Source: Sphagnum compactum (Eukaryota). From it: DNA of 64,000 bases. Below the pieces are notes generated by a model. The model saw only the letters and a list, made by a program, of their open reading frames with translations. It was not told where the DNA came from and did not search any database. Below are positions 62,600 to 64,000 of the stretch, one piece after another. The stretch lies in assembly GCA_965153455.1 (NCBI GenBank), contig OZ234493.1, forward strand, positions 23,860,213 to 23,924,212, read 5' to 3'. Position numbers and translations under genes: made by a program. Each line of letters opens with the position of its first letter. Position 1 is the stretch's first letter.

Positions 62600-64000
62600 T
62601 TCCGCAAATGTGTAGTCTTTTCCCCTCCGAATGGATTTTGCACCCTTAAGGATGGTATTAAGGTTTTAGGAGTGCTTTTTGGTTCACTTGCTTTTACCTC
62701 TTCCTTTCTTCAAGATTCTTTGGACAAAGATGTGCAACATGCAAAAACATTCCTAAGGTTAAGGGACATCTTTGGGGTCTTTTCACAATGTTTTTCCCAA
62801 AGGCCTTCACATTTGTTGCGAATTCCCCCCCTTTCCAAGCTTCCAACACTCACTTTCATCCTCTAATTCAACTTTCATCCAAGTTTTTAGGAAGTTTTTA
62901 GGTCCAAGCTTGTTGGAATATCCTAAAGGCTCTTAATTTGTCAACAAACTTCACTCCCCATTTCTAAAGGGGGTGTAACGTTCATTTTCATTCAAGTCAT
63001 TGCCTAACAACCTATTTGGGGCATTAAGTTTTTGTGGCCCCAATCATTGCCTTGTGATTCTTGTAGGACCATCGCCCATTCTTAATGGAAGCTATATGAA
63101 CACGTAATTTAGGTGTGCTTCCATTCTAGGCACAATTGAAGATGATAAGACTTATTTCCCCTTTTAGCACAACCTTGCATCTCCTCTCTTGATTAGTCTT
63201 TGGATAGAGGAACAAATCACCTTTAGGAAAACATGTCAGAGAGATTGCATAAGCATACATTTTTCAACATCATCTCAAACATGAATTTTGATCCTCCTTG
63301 TGCTCATTTGAAATCATGCATAAGCTTGGGTTTAAGGGCATAATTTTCTACATGCCCATTCATCCCATTATTTCATATGGCCTCTAGCATCTTTTCTTCA
63401 ACATTGCACACCAAGTTGGGTCTCCCCCACCCAATGGCTTTAAATTTAACACATTGCACCTATGGTCAACCCATAAACTGGATGGGGATACACCTTTTGG
63501 AGGGTTCTTGTGGAAGGGAATGTACTTCTTCTGATGATGTTGTTCGAAACACCTTTACTTCCATTGCCAAAAATGTTGGGTTTCATATTTTTCATAAACA
63601 AACACATGTTCTCTTCATGTTTTCACCCTTGCTTCAATCCTCACAGCAACAAGTTGACATTGTGTTATCCACAAATGGGGTCCGCACTACGGTTGATGTT
63701 GTCATTATCGATCCCACTCAAGAAAATCTAGTATTGAAAGTTGCTATTTTTAAAGGAGTTGTGACAATTATGACCCAAGTAAATGATGGGCTTTATTGTG
63801 ATCCACACCCATGGGATATGTTTTTATTTCTTGCTATGGACATATTTGGTTGTTTGCACCACCAAACAAACAAATTCCTACATCAATGTACAAATATGGC
63901 ATGGTCAACTATAGATAAGTAGAAGCCCTTCTTTGTTAGTTTTACAAGCATTTTATAAGCAAAAGATGGCAGTAGCCTTGTAAAGAGGCCAAGCCTCATC
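62600..64000 (+). mobile_element. Decayed CRE-like non-LTR retrotransposon (5'-truncated, runs off the window)
   Basis: DGIKVLGV.FG, KLGLPHP...THC..GQP....G.HL, VDIVLSTNG....DVVIIDPT, ..FG.LH; homologous to the 37.7-kb and 55-kb copies. Confidence 0.8.

Overview
AT-rich eukaryotic DNA from a land plant. TTTAGGG telomere motifs, an IDD gene, a Tcn1-like chromovirus and RLE-type LINEs suggest a moss or other non-seed plant (inference). There is one clearly intact host gene: a 3-exon INDETERMINATE DOMAIN zinc-finger transcription factor (45112-47792, +, 793 aa). The rest is mostly nested transposons. (i) An ~18-kb DNA transposon (~19200-37070) with ~410-bp diverged terminal inverted repeats carries two convergent, spliced, decayed genes: a MULE/SWIM transposase of the type I recall from the Arabidopsis At1g60560/At4g13970 genes, and a long gene with a Ulp1/C48 protease-like domain. 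(ii) A full-length Ty3/Gypsy chromovirus (22153-28149) sits in intron 3 of that transposase, with CATTG TSD, a self-priming (tRNA-independent) PBS, a PEG10-like -1 frameshift pseudoknot and a 155-bp tandem array in its leader. (iii) A 154-bp CACTA mini-element lies in the same transposase. (iv) Also present: a solo LTR, a non-autonomous Helitron, PIF/Tourist-like MITEs and four decayed CRE-like non-LTR retrotransposons. An unexplained CpG-retaining island with orphan ORFs and two tandem arrays lies at ~59.6-62.3 kb. All calls come from reading the sequence; no database searches were run.
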